The translations under genes and the position numbers were made by a program. A stretch of DNA of 64,000 nucleotides from Lama glama. Lineage: Eukaryota. The stretch spans positions 7,008,001 to 7,072,000 of the forward strand of contig CM052832.1 in assembly GCA_028534125.1 (NCBI GenBank), written 5' to 3'. The notes below the pieces were generated by a model that was not told the origin of the DNA, ran no database searches, and was given only the letters and a program-made list of their open reading frames with translations. Below, piece by piece: positions 24,358 through 37,541 of the stretch (its first letter is position 1; the number at the start of each line of letters is the position of its first letter).

Positions 24358-25964
24358 AAAAAGAGAATCCTGTGAAATAATGTTTGCCAAGGTGTTTTGA
24401 AAAGCCCCCAGCACAACACGACAATGAAGTGCAGGGAAACCTCAGCCCTCCAGACCCTGCAGGGAACAGCCGTTCCGGAGATCTGCCGTTGTGGGTAAGC
24501 ATGACCACACGACCATTGTCACTTTCCCTGTTGAAAGGGGAGGGGTTCACTTCCCTCCCCTTGAATCTTGTTGGTCCTGCAACGACTTACCAAATAAGAT
24601 ACAGTAGGAGTGATGCCAGGTCTTTTTAAAGGACTGCAATGTAGGAGCAGGGCCAAGGCTCTAACTCCCGGGCCGGTGTTCTGTCACCACCTTCTCTGAG
24701 CACGTTTCTCCACCGTGATCAGTGAACCCCCAGCGATGCCAGGGAGCCCGAGAAACACCTTCCTAGGAGGGATGGTGACGCACGAGGGAAATTCTTTGCT
24801 AAGCCCCGCTGCTGACCCGCCATAAGACATTGCAAAAGTTGCTTAGGCCATTCAAGTCTAATCTACTCGGGATGGTAAGTTCCACTATCCAGGATCACGA
24901 TGAAAACTCAGTACGAGAGCACATGTTGAGAACCGAGCTCTGTACCCAGCACTCACTTAATTACCATCATTCCTTTGTTGTGCCCTGAGTCAGGCTTAGC
25001 TCTAACACAGTGTGAGGCCCCTGCATGGCTGGGTTAAAGCCTTTCTCTCTCCCTGTGACTTGATCTACCTGATTGGAATATTCCACCTTGAGAGCCGCCC
25101 CTCTGGGGAAGGAATCGCAAAGGCAGGAGATGGTCCAGGGAAGGCGTCTGCTAAGACGTGTACAAATTGTGGGAGGGGCTGCGGAGAGAGCCCAGCCAGA
25201 ACAGAATCCAACTTTGCTGAGTCCTGCTTATATAGGACCGTCTGCTGGGCAAAGGCTTCCCCGGGGATGGGGAAGAAGAGGGGTCTGCCAGAAAGTGAAT
25301 GTTTGAAGAAGGGTCTTCAGCCTAGGAGCCAGCAGTGAGGTGTAAATGCTTCCCCGCTCGAACCGCCCCCATCAGTTCCCCAAGACTGTGAGGCCCCCCA
25401 ATACTTGTTTTGGAGAGAATTTTAGTCCGTGCTCAGAGGAAAGAGAGAGAGAGAGAAAAAAAAAAAAAAAAGAAAGAAAGAAAGAAGGAAAGAAAGCCAG
25501 TAAATCAATAACAGATTTTTCTTCCCATCAGTTGGTTTAAAGATTTGAGCCAATGTCAACCAATCTAGAATTTCTAAGTTGTAAATAAAAAATGGAAGGG
25601 TAAAATTTTTATCAGAGCCGCCCCATGAAAGGCGCTATTCAGAGTCCTGGTTTATCACACGCCCCACGTCGTCTGAGCTAAGGTAAGGGGTGCTACACCG
25701 CACACCCGTCCAGGAAAAGCACTGGGGAAGTTTTCAGCTCCACCGGGCTTGGGCTGCAGTGCTGGATGTGGCGTTCCTACTGGACCTTCTTGTTTCTCCT
25801 CCAACTTAATTCCCTCCATCGATTTCTTGCCCCCTGAACTAATCGCACAGAGACGGTCAGAGCAACGAAAGACACAGCAGGACATGGAACAACCTCAATG
25901 GTCAGGATTAAACACGCACTCGACAGACCCAGTGCTGCACCAGGGACTGTGGAGAAAAACAATA

Positions 25965-26205
25965 ATGAAAACAATAATAACAGTAATGACAGTTACTGTT
26001 TACTGAGCACCTACTGTGTGCCAGGCCCTGAGCTGGCCACTTTTGCCATCTTCTTTACGATTCTTCTGAAAGATGGATAAATGATGGTCACTATCTCTTT
26101 TTTATATACAGATAAACTGAGACTTTCAGAAGTTCAGTCAGTGGCTCAAGGTTGCCCAATGAGTGAGAATCAAGAACCACATGGTAATTTCCTTGCTCCC
26201 AAAGA
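25965..26205 (-). mobile_element. MIR SINE
   Basis: tttactgagcacctactgtgtgccaggccctg...acagataaactgagact...gctcaaggttgccca. Confidence 0.8.
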
Positions 26206-26269
26206 GTATTAAGGAACAGCAGCTCTCATCAGTCACCCAGGGTGGTTCTCTTACTCCTAACCATTCGCT

Positions 26270-26590
26270 GACAGTCATTCAATGTGTAAAGCACTTACTA
26301 TGTGTATCTGCAAACACAACACTGGCAACAGAAAAAAAAATACATAGAAAGATTTTTTTTTAATTTTGTGGAATATAATGGAAGTTCAGAGAAATAGGAC
26401 AGTGTGGGCCAGAGAAGCCAGGGCAAGTTTTACAGAGAGAGGGAGACTTAAGTTGGGTCTTGAAAGATGAAAGTATATATTCAGAGGGCATTCCTAGTTG
26501 GGGGAACAGGATAAGCAACAGTACTGAGGCACCAAAAGGCATGACAGGATGAAGCAGAGGGAGAGGAAGTCTGAAGCGAAAGAATGAAAC
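26270..26590 (-). mobile_element. L2 fragment
   Basis: cattcaatgtgtaaagcacttactatgtg...gacttaagttgggtcttgaaagatga...gagggcattcctagttgggggaacag. Confidence 0.7.
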
Positions 26591-27224
26591 TATTTCCAGC
26601 ACCTGTGGGGACGGTGCAAGGGGTTTGTCTGGGAATTGACCTGGACGATTACAAATGACAGTTCCAGTGCTTCACCTGTCTTGTCCTCAGAAGAGCTGAG
26701 GGTACTTTTAAACGTCAGTGAAGAGTGGAGTGGCACTTCCTCAAACATGGGAACTTCCACAGTGAGAGTGAAAAGAAGGAGGTGCTCTTGCAAAGAGGAA
26801 GAGACCCAAGGACAGAGAGGGGACGGGTGTGGGCTCGGTGGTAAGATTCAGGACTGGGAACACGTTCAAGGGGACCATCCTAAAATGGTTTGACTCCTTG
26901 GATACCCTTGCACTAGGGAAAGTGAATATTTAGGGGCATTGTTTTCGTCTGTGGCAGAGCCTGTCATCCAGTGCCCTGGGCCCCCTTGCATCATCCGTGC
27001 TGCATCATTTCTGGGAAGCAACTGCTCCATCCATCAGAGGTATCATTTCCCAGCACCCCTTGCGCTCAGGTAGGGCCATGTGGAAGGTCACGTGGGGTCT
27101 TCCAGGGCTCCCAACTGCCCTGGGTGTGGGATGATCTTATTCCTTCAACCACTCCCTGGCTTCTTCATAAGGAATCTATTACTAATAATATATCAGTTAT
27201 CAGGACAATAAGTAACACAAATTA

Positions 27225-27395
27225 AAATTAGTAACAGTTTAGAGCATGTATCCACACATACGATCTCATTTGATACCAACAGGAACCCTGGGATGTGGGC
27301 TGTGGTACCTACTCTTATCCCCATTTTAGAAATGAAGAACCTGAGATTCATGTCTTAGAATCTGGGAAGTAGTGGAGCTGTAATTGGAGCTAACG
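27225..27395 (-). mobile_element. MIR fragment
   Basis: atctcatttgataccaacaggaaccctgggatgtggg...atccccattttagaaatgaagaacctgag. Confidence 0.75.
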
Positions 27396-27816
27396 CACAG
27401 CTGGACGGATGCTCTGTAAGAGAGAGTTGGTGGGTCAATCCCACTTAAATTGCTTTGCTTGGTTCCTTGCCACTGATAACCCTCATGGTACCCAGCTCTA
27501 TTATCTTCAGATTATCCCCAGTGAGTCAGTTCTCCCATTTTTACACTCAAAGAGGCAAAAGGCCAAGGAGACTTCCCTGGTGCCTGTGGTTTAACTTCAA
27601 ATCCAAATGACAATGAGAAATGTAGAGAAGAGTTCAAACTGGAGTCAAAATGTTACGGCCGTTGGTTAAATCTCCGAATAGAAGCGTCTTTGCTCAGGTT
27701 AGTCGTCCAGCTCTAGAAAACAGAGCCATGAAACAACACCTCCTAGCAATTTTCCAGGAATATTCGTTGGCTCCGGTGGCACATTACATTCATTCAGTCA
27801 GTAAGTATGTTTAGAG

Positions 27817-28044
27817 CCATGTTTCTTAACCTTTTTCCCATTATAACTCCCCTAAGGAGCCTTTTAGATTTTTTTTTTTTGCCAGTCTCCCCATGAAAAT
27901 TTAATACCATCAATATCCTGTGTATCTCTTTATGAACTGTGGTCCTTTGAAGGGCCGTAAACCATTTCTAAGATTTTTCATTGCCCTCCCTCAAGAGCCA
28001 CCTTCACCCCTTGGGGGCATCGTCACCTCCCTGGAGGATGCATG
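27817..28044. mobile_element. MER112-like hAT-Charlie MITE with perfect 8-bp TSD
   Basis: Ends ccatgtttcttaac ... gaggatgcatg; internal ctgtggtcctttgaagggcc. TSD GTTTAGAG at 27809-27816 and 28045-28052. Confidence 0.85.
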
Positions 28045-29028
28045 GTTTAGAGGACTTCCTGTTTGTGAAGGATGTAAAAATGGGAACAGACCTGCCCGCC
28101 AAAGCTTCCAGTCTGATATGAAGAAGGCTTTGTCTTGTATCATCAACAATCCTAGTGAAGAAGGGATACCAGAAGCTCTGGGTTAGTTTCTGTCTAAACC
28201 ACCAAAGGTGATTTTAAGACCTTTCTCCATCCAGGAGTTTAGTAGCATTAGATAGGGTTTCAGTTCTGAGCTCCCCATCATTTGTGGGGGCTCTACATCC
28301 AAAAAATATTGGCAAAGACCTATGGTCTGTGTGGAAATATGGCTGGGAGGCACTCACCACATATTTATGGCGCAGAGAATAATTTTTGCTAAAAAATACT
28401 GTTTATAGTGAAACACAAGACAGAATGGAACAAATTCCTCCAAAAATTATTTTTTAAATGGTTTTTTTCTGTTCAATCACTTCTATTGAAAAACCATTCA
28501 GCTGGATTTAAATAGCCGAACCTACTCAAGATAATGTTTCACTTTCTCTAACAAGGGAAAGAATTTGAAGCTGAAAAGCCAACTGCTACTTCATTACTTG
28601 AATGGAAATCCCCTTGAATTCTATGATCTACTCAATCATCGGCTCATAGGTTGAGTCACAAAAAGGTAACTAGTGGTCAGGAAGAAAGGGATGAATGTGA
28701 AAGCCATTCCATTTCGCTTTAGCACCTCTGAGCATGTTATTGCAAAATGCTTCTGGTGGAGGTGGGGGAGAAAATTAAACACGTGCCATGCGCCTTCCTC
28801 CAGCAGATATTTATTAAGTGCTGCCATGTGCCAGGGACCATGTGAGGTGTTTTTTTTAAAAAAAGAAGTCCATTAGGGAAAGAAGTGGAACTTCTCTAAC
28901 GTGTGTAGCGTGCCTAGCTTTGCCCTTTATGTAACGGGGAATTCAACCTGCATTATTAGACTTTATGTGAATTACCTTCCAGCCAGCTCTGGGCTTCTCA
29001 CCCTGAAAATAAGGGAACTGGTCAGAAA

Positions 29029-29223
29029 CAGGCTTTCTCTCCTCCCGACACTACTGACGTCTGCGGCCATTACTCTTTGTTGCTGGGCATTATAGAATTG
29101 TGGGATGTTCAGCAGCATCCCTGGCCTCTACCTTCCAGATGCCAGGAGCATCTCTAAGCCATGACATCCAGACATGTCTCCGGACACACCTGGGGGGTAA
29201 AACCACCCCTGGTTGAGGACTAG
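29029..29223. mobile_element. MER20 hAT-Charlie MITE
   Basis: gggatgttcagcagcatccctggcctctaccttccagatgccaggagca...ccacccctggttgag. Confidence 0.85.
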
Positions 29224-29994
29224 CCTAAAATATTTTTTAAGTCACATTCAGTTCTGGAAGCATTTGCTATAATTAATCCCCAGTAACTTATAAGTGATTA
29301 ATAGTTTCCCTTCAACCTCCCAAGAATATTTGCATTTTCAAAGTATTACCTGTCTGGGAGAAAAGTCTGGAAACATCCTCACCAAAACATAAAAAACAAC
29401 TCTCTCTAGGCTGTGTTTGTAGAGGTTTATTTTTTTTCTTGTCTTTTCCTCCTACCCAGCCCTTCTCCTCCTCCTCCTCCGCCTCATCATTTTGGTGGGG
29501 GGGGGGGTGGTTAATATCTACATGGTCATGTATTACCTGAGTTTTTTTTTTTAATTGGATGTTTTCAGATCCAAATGAAGTCAGTCAGTAGGTTTTCAAG
29601 CCAGCACTAGGGAATATGAGTTAAACAGGAGAGATTACAGTAAAAACAGGACCTCACCAGGTCACATCATTTTGAGCTCTCAGATCTTTTCACATAGCTG
29701 CATTTACTTTGAAATTTTTATGATGCAATTATCCAAATCAGATTATTTTGGCAAACAAGACGAGTTTTCAAAATCCTCTTCACACCCAAAGCATCCCTCC
29801 TGCTCATGGCACCTCAGCTGGAATGAACGAAACCTCATCAATTCTCACCTCCCAGAAGCACACTCAACCCCAAACCCTCCACCGCTGACAGTGGGCCTGT
29901 CTGGCTGAGGAAGAGAGTTCTCAAGATCATCTTGGAAAAATCTAAAATGCCTCCAAAGCACACAGATCATCCACTTCATACAAATATACTAAGT

Positions 29995-30070
29995 ACTTGA
30001 TTGAATCGTATGAAATTACTGATAGCTGACCGTTTCTGACCTACCAAAACTGCAACTTTATACATTTTTC
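29995..30070. mobile_element. MADE2-like mariner MITE
   Basis: ttgaatcgtatgaaattactgata...tttctgacctaccaaaactgcaactttatac resembles the short palindromic MADE2 consensus. Confidence 0.55.
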
Positions 30071-33000
30071 CCCTTATAATATCCAGTAACTGTCAAACAG
30101 ATGAAGAATCAGACCCATCAGCTCTGGTCTTCCAGCCAGGTGGACATCGGAAGTGGGTGGAAAGGGAGAGAGAGAAGGATGGAGGAAAGGCCTGCAGGGA
30201 GAAGAGAGAGGAACCCAGGCCTCTTACGAGTGGTGGGGCTCCCCTGGGGATGATGGGGACCCCACAGCTGACCTGATCCATGATGTCACCATGGGGAAAG
30301 GTTGGGGATTGTAGTAGCTCTGCCCTGCGCAGGGTGGAAGCTCCCTGAGGATAGAAAGCTTCTGCTACTACGCACACATCTCGCTCTGTGCATCTCGCAG
30401 CGTGTTCACACAGCAAGGACCCCACAGCCACCACTGAATGAGGATGTGCACAGGAACATCTAAGTCATACTGTGCTATGAAATGATTCACTCCAGCCTTC
30501 CTTCATTTATGGATTCCTTCATCACTGTATTTATTAACTAACGTTTGCAAAGAAAAATGCTAGATAATGCCATCAGTTCAAAACTTTTGCCCCAGCTCTC
30601 AAGATATTTCTAGCCTATGCAAATTAGGCCTAAAGAAGTGGTTTCAACACTAGAATCCAAGTTCAGTGTGGTTCCATGTGAATGGCTTTATCATTGAAAC
30701 AAGCAAACCAGGGGAACTCCCTTGAAGTTACTTTCATGACCCCACTCTTGCTGACAAATGACAGCACTCAGTTAAAGAGAAGGAAAAAGTCTACCTGGAA
30801 GGAAAAAAAAATTTTTTTTGCTGCATTAATGACTAAATCTTCTCATGCTCAACAACTCATTTTTGGATTCTCAAAACCCATGAATTTGCCCCTATTGCCA
30901 AAAACACACATTAGCAGCAAATGCTCCAAAAATATTCCAATATATAAAAGTCAGGTTGAAACAATGATGGGGAGCTAATTCTAAATCTTTTGGATTATTT
31001 GGGGGTGCTTTTCCCCTTTTATAGTGTTTATTTATGGTTTATGAGCAGAATTGGATCAGACCTTCTTATTGGTAGAAATCCAATTAGATTTATTCCAAAT
31101 GATGAGAGCTACTAGCTCTGGCTTGAGGTCTGTAGAGTAAACGAAACATTACTCAAAGGGAGGGTGTTCTTCCATTTTTTAATAAGAATTTCAACAAAAT
31201 CCTCAAAATTGGACAAATTGATTTTTTTAAATCATTTTTTCTGTTTTCCCTGACTGTGGCATTACTAATAGCTTCTTCCAGCATCACTTTGACTGGCATG
31301 AAGTGACTGCCAGAATTTGGACAGGACAGTTCCTAGGAGGCACAGCCCCGTATCAGCAGTGTCTGGGATGTGCTGACTCTCAGTTATCCTGATGGAAAGA
31401 CTGGCGACTTCAGCTGGGTTCCATTATCTCTTCCCAAGAGAACTTGGTTGGCTATATCTTGCTTTTCTAACCTCTTATTTAGGCATCCAGGGTCTCCAGA
31501 GGAAAAGAAGTCTACCAGAGGACAGAAGAAACCCCAGTGCGGGGCAAAGGTCAACAGGAGTTGGCAGACCTGAGTTCACATCCCTCCTTTCTGCCTCCTC
31601 TGGTACCCAGAGCCAGACATGTGCCTAGGGACTCATCTGCAGATCACAGAGGCCAAATCAGAGAACCCTGACGTTGCTTCAAGTTCTGATTCTCCGTAAT
31701 TCTACGGCCACTCATGAAAAAAGTATGTCTCTTTTCTTCTCTCCCCCCTTCCCTTTCTCCCCTTCCTTCCTCAATCTTCCTGCCTCCCTCCCTCTCCCTC
31801 TTTTTTTCCATAGGCCTTGCTAAAGGCTGGCAAATGCTTCCCAGCAGCCAAATCGAAGTCATTACCAGAAGCACCACAGCTAAACAGAGGAAAATGTTTA
31901 GGCAAGCATTATAATGGGCATGGAAATAAAGAGACCACAATTCAAAGCATAAGTCATCGTCGATGAGAACGCACATGTCTGGGGCCAGGTTTATGAGAAA
32001 TGAACGGGATGAGGCTGTGCGGGCGAATCCCTGGGCTTGTGTTTTCTTAATGCCAGGAGTGATTTATTTTCTGGTAAACAGTTTTGCTCAAGTAGGGCAT
32101 CCAATTACTACAAACCTTGTTTGGTATAAAAACTAACTGCATAGAAAAATATTGCCTTAGCGAGGTTTAACTAGTGGTTAATCCAAACATGTGGCAGAGC
32201 CCGAATTCCAGGGCTCAAAATATCTTCCCGATTCTCAGCAGCATCCGAACGTCCAGAGGAGATGATAATCATCACTCTCGATGAGGCGTGACTCAGAGGT
32301 AGCGTATGGAAAGAGGACATTTCCAGAAAAACCATGGTATGGAAACCAAGCCCGCGAGGGGAGGCGAGGCGTCCCCTAGGTAGAAGTTCTGCTCAGATCT
32401 TTTGAAGTACAAGGCTGGGCTGCTTTGGGAAGATGAAAAAAAAAAAGTTTTAAAAATCCTCCTTTCCACACAAATCTCTTCACATACAGCTCTGTTCCCT
32501 GGGGTGTTTCATCACCTTACAAAATATATTTAAAACAGACACAAGTAAAAGTATCCTTTTATAAGTAAAGCAAAGCTCAGGGCTTTTTTTTTTTTAACCA
32601 AAAAAAAATTTTTTTAATTGCCTCCTTCAAATTCTCTGTGTTTGCCTCTCAGCATCCATAAGATCTAATTGTCATATTTTGAATATTTTGTTTTTAAGCT
32701 AAAAAAAAAAGCTTGAAAGAAGTCAAGGAAGAAAAATGAAAGAGAGAGAGAGAGGAACCGAGTCATCAGGAACATTTAGCTTCTATGTCAAGAAAACGTT
32801 TTAAAAAGGAAAAGAGAGGAGATAAGTTTAATATCCCCATCTCCCCGCTGGCCGCAGCCCTTTTCCACGGGTTCCCTGCTGCGCTAATCGGTTTCAGTTG
32901 CCTCTACGAGGTGTCCGGTGACCATGTATTCTGAGCACTTGCAAATACACCCTCGGCCTGCGTGTCCTGGAGGATTTGTTTAAAATACTTTTTCCTATTT

Positions 33001-33289
33001 CAAGGTGGCAGTTGGCAGGCAGAAGGATCCTAAACAGCTCTGGAGCCGCTCGAGTCTACAGGAACGTGAAGGATCAGCTTACCCAGCACACAGACCGGTG
33101 ACTTTGCCACGAGGCAGCAGGCTCCTGGCTCCACGCACTGGGTTCCCTGCCACATGCAATACGCTCAACACAGAGTCCCGGGCCCCTGGGGGACCTGGCC
33201 TACAGAAACCCTGGGCTCAGCCATCCCTCTGCTTGTCGCAGGCAGATAGCTAAACCGATCCAGCACGTTGATTCACGCAGATCATATTC

Positions 33290-33660
33290 ATTTAAGAATT
33301 CCAAAGATGGGGATTTCATAATCATCCTTGGTGGTTTGTTCCAATGTCTCACAACCCTTCAACCAGGACTTGTTCCTTCATCTCCAACCCTAATCTTCCC
33401 TGATGCAATTCCAGCCCCTCCGTTTTGTTTTTTTTTCCCTGTCTTCATGAGAAATGAAAAACAGCTGGACACCATCTTCAGCATAAAAACCCTCCATAAA
33501 CTGGGAGGCCATTATTAAATCAACTGGGTCCTTGTCTTCTCCGGGTTAAATGGTGCCAGTGTCTTCACAGTTCCCTCATCCTCACTGGGTTCTCTCTCAT
33601 TATTTTCCTGACTCTCTGTGTCACTCAAATCATCAGGGCCCAAACTAGACATTTTATGAG
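33290..33660 (-). mobile_element. CR1/L3 LINE 3' ORF2 fragment
   Basis: gatggggatttcataatcatccttggtggtttgttccaatgtctcacaaccctt...cttgtcttctccgggttaaatggtgccag matches the antisense CR1 C-terminal region (GLFSLEKRR...). Confidence 0.75.
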
Positions 33661-33681
33661 GAATCGACTAATACTAACTAA

Positions 33682-33732
33682 ACGTGTGTGTGTGTGTCTA
33701 TGTGCACACGCGCACGTGTGCACACACGTGTA
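33682..33732. repeat. Alternating purine-pyrimidine (TG/CA/CG) tract containing an inverted repeat
   Basis: acgtgtgtgtgtgtgtctatgtgcacacgcgcacgtgtgcacacacgtgta. Confidence 0.9.
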
Positions 33733-35714
33733 GGAGGGAAGTTTAGCTCACGGTTCCAACAAGTCAATTTTGTAAACTCTTTTATTGTGAAAAATAGCAA
33801 AAAGTGTTTACACAACATATGCACAGTTTAAAAAACAAAGTACAATGAGAATTCACGGCCCCTGCGTTAGTTCTTTTTTTCTTTTAACATTGACTTTGTG
33901 TTTGATTTGCTTTAGTTGAGAGGAGGTCAGAGGGTTCTTTTGCCCTTGCTTACATTTTTAGATTACATTTACATTTAAACCACACTGATTGTTTTAAACC
34001 AACGATGCTACTTTAACTCCTTCACACATGTTTGTTCCAGCCTCTTTTAAATTTGACATTATTTAGCTAAGGCATGAGAAGTTTGATAAGATGGCCTATT
34101 CTAAAAAAAAAAAAAGAAAAAGAAAAAGAGCTGAACCCAAATTTGAAAAAAGCTTTAAATGGGGAACATTTTCAGTGAGCCCAGTTTACTAACAGTCTGG
34201 TTCTCTATTATTGAAATATTCGTGTCTGAGATAAAATACAATGTTTTCACCAGGAAATATCAGAGCACAGGCCATTTGATCCTGTTTCTATCAGATGATA
34301 TTGGATGGTATCCTTTCCATCATCCAAACAAACTGCCAAGAGTCAGATGTGCCCAGCATTCCAGTGAGTTCGAGTCAGGCCCCTGTGCACGATGCCTCAT
34401 CATGGATTTTCTCCTTCCGATCAGTCAAAGAGATGCTGCTTCAGGAAAACCTCTGAGATTAAGGAACACAAACAAACCACTGTCATTTAGGGGGGAAAAG
34501 GTGCTAATCACATCTTCATTTATGGGCATCCTGAATCACTGCTGGAGGCAAAAGCCCTAAAGCTTCCTGGACTTTAAGCCAGTTCAAGTTCCGCCGACAT
34601 GGAACGGTGTGCAAGGGCTGTTCTCCAGGGGCCGCTGGGATTACCCCTCTCACCCACAGGGGGCCTTGGCTCATCTTAATCTCAGAAGAAGCCTCAGCCT
34701 CCATCTGGCCCTGGCTTCCTGCAGAAGCCCTCTCCCTTGCTAACGCCTCATGTCATGGACAAGGATCAGAAATCAAAGCGATGGTCTCACCACCTTCATT
34801 CCTGCCTCAGGCAGACTCAGGCATTTCTTGCTTGGTTGTTGTTGTTGTTGTTTGGATTTGGGTTTTCATTTACCTTTCCTGCCCGCCGATTCTACGGCTG
34901 GGACTGTATCGCACCAGTTTTATGTTTACAGGGCCTCCTTTCATGACTTGATCAAAGTTGGTGACTTGGCACAGAACTTATTTTTGTTTCTTTCAATCTT
35001 CCGGATCCATTTTGAACACAGACCTCAGCTGGCTTCGTCACGTGTTCCCAAGAAGCTGTGCAGAGACTTGCTTCTTGCATCCAGTCCCTTTATCCGATAC
35101 CACTCCTTGTCCTCGGCTTCAGGTGAAATATTTTTAAACCACCTCCACTGACTCTTCCTGAATTTATAAAGACTTTTCACCTTCCTCCCCCCCCCCCCGC
35201 TGATGCCTGTGTTTTATTTGAATTCCCTTTGCTAAAATTGAGAAACATACAGGACAGTTTATTTCTCTTTGGTAGCAACTTCACTGTGGACACTTCTCAC
35301 AAGGATTTTTCTCCACCTGTCAGAACCCAAGCCAGACTATTTCCTGTCTTTCCAGCTGCTCCAGGCTTCAGGATGAGGCTAGACCCACCTGGTGGGCTCT
35401 GTGCAGGATCCAAGGTGGGGATATGCCAGGCTACCTGTCTTGGAAGAGAGAACTTTAGCTATTGGGACCACCTACCTGCTACCATCGTGGAGCTTTAGAC
35501 TAGCCTTTTAAAGGGGGGGAAAGAGGGAAAAAAAGAAAAAAGAAAAACATAGCAAAATTGATCTCAGCAGTACCTGTGGAGTCATTAATGTGGTTTCTAG
35601 CAAACTGCTCATAAAATTCATGGCAGCAGCTAATTGCTACCATGTTCTTCCTCATATACTCTCATATTAAATTTGAAAGAAAGCAAGAAAAGCCCTTTCA
35701 AAGCCATATTAATC

Positions 35715-35975
35715 CGTGCACGGCAGTGGAATGTGGGCTCGAAGGCGAGCCTCTCGTATCGCCGCAGCTCCGCGGGCTGCCTGTCGGACGGTGGGTTTCA
35801 CGTCCCTCACGACACAAGGAGCAGTGCCTTTGCCAGCCGCTGGCTCCGCCTGCGCGCAGCTCCCCGGGACCCCGACGGCACCAGCCAGGGCGGAGTGCGA
35901 GCATCCGCACCGGGCGTGAGGGCGCATGCGGCCCCCCGAACCGACTGGAGGGAATTCGAGCTAAACCTTGGCGAG
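35715..35975. promoter_or_regulatory. Small CpG island (orphan promoter or enhancer candidate)
   Basis: About 30 CpGs in about 260 bp by manual count. GC box GGGCGG 35888-35893; NRF1-like GCGCATGCG 35922-35930 and TGCGCGCA 35851-35858. Confidence 0.6.
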
Positions 35976-36359
35976 TATCTTTCTGCCTCCACCCCCTCCA
36001 CACACACACATTTGCTTGAAAGTTCTCACCAGAAAAGTGGTGGCCCCCGGCCAAGCTCTGGCTGCTGACTTATCCTCCCGAAGAACGCGCTAAGAAGACC
36101 AGCCTTGCCCGAAGGCACCTCTTGCAAGGATTTCAAGAACCACAAACTCAACAAGCGTCTCATACTTTCTGAAATTCTCACTAGTGGAAGGCTCCTGTTG
36201 GAATGAATTATCCCAAGAACTGGGCTGCCCCTCATCTGGTCTGCACAGGTGTGGTGCTATCAATGGCTCACGTCCAGCTTCCATTTTGATTGGCGGTGGC
36301 ATCCATTCTGACTGGGTGGGGCCTCCATCCAGTTGGTCCTGGCGTCCCTCCTGATTGTT

Positions 36360-36720
36360 TGATCCAGTGTTGAACTGACTTGTACGTATTGTAAATGTAT
36401 TCTTTGCAATAAATCTAGCCAGGAAACCAATATGTTCAAGCAATATATCAGAATGGCTGGGTGACAACTAGCCAAAGGCATGCCTGGGTCTGCAATGAGC
36501 AGTTCATCTGAGAATTTCCTGCTGCTGTATGAAAATATGACCCTCTCCCAGGGATATCAGAGATGTCATTGCAGAATTGCTGCAGATGAATTTCTTTTCC
36601 CAGTTCTGCCTGAGCAGGAACACTAAAGAGGACTGACTGAGGTCGGTCTCCCTGGCGGGGAAAGATGGAGCCTGTGGCATCTTACGGATGACAATTTTAT
36701 CCCTCCCTCTTGTTCCAGCC
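36360..36720 (+). mobile_element. Possible highly decayed CR1/L3 fragment
   Basis: ctctcccagggatatcagagatgtcattgcagaattgctg and ggggaaagatggagcctgtggcatcttacgga loosely follow the L3 segments encoding HPRVLKELADVIAEPL and KGKKVDSGNYRP. Confidence 0.35.
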
Positions 36721-37541
36721 TTATGACCTGCAGGACCTGAACATTTTTTATTACCATCTCAGATCCATTCTTCCCTACCTAAGCTGGCCAGCAAATTAGA
36801 AGCCCCAACCCAATTAATGGGAATGTTTGCTATTAGTTTAGAATTAGTCATACAAGCTGATGGAAACAAGGTGAGCATTTTGTGTTCACCAAGACTTTAG
36901 CCTTAGCCTCATGCTCTTAGTCATTGTCCCACTATATCCCATATTTCCATGGGGACAGGTGCCATGCTCTGAGTCACAGCCCACGGATGTGAGTCTCTAC
37001 CTTAACATAATATTAGCCATACCCTCTCACTTCCAGAAGTGGCTCAGTGCCTCCCACTCTTCTCCAGGTGGCTTCTCTAATTCTCTCATCCCTCTGCCAT
37101 GTCCACGGGGAAGAGTCCTGAAATCATGGCACCTTGGGAGAGTTCGACCTCCACTCTGGGTAGTGAGCTTTGGATGGGAGGTGAAGTGGGTATGAACTTG
37201 GCCAATGTTCTCTTTCTCTGGGGTTCTTCATTTTGTGCGCCCCTCCACTATCAGAGGGCTGAGAACCAGGTATGGACCCAGGGAAAAGAAGCCAAAGAGA
37301 CATGACTTTAGGTCTTGGATTAGAGGAGAAAAATAGGTCCTTGTCGTTCACATATGTACCATCCCGGTGCCTCAGGCATGATATCAGATAATACAGTTGG
37401 TTGTCTAAGTCCTTCATGAGGGCTTGGATGTCCACCATCCAAGATAGTGGCTCTGGATCCTGCACAAATCAGGGTTCCTCTCTCATCACCTTTCTTCCCC
37501 AAGCCTCTGCCTGCCCTTACCTCCCCTTCCCCAGTGGTGAG

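Noticed and set aside
35634..36068. Overlapping ORFs over the CpG island
   Set aside because: Stop codons are rare in GC-rich DNA; there is no protein similarity and no clear exon structure.
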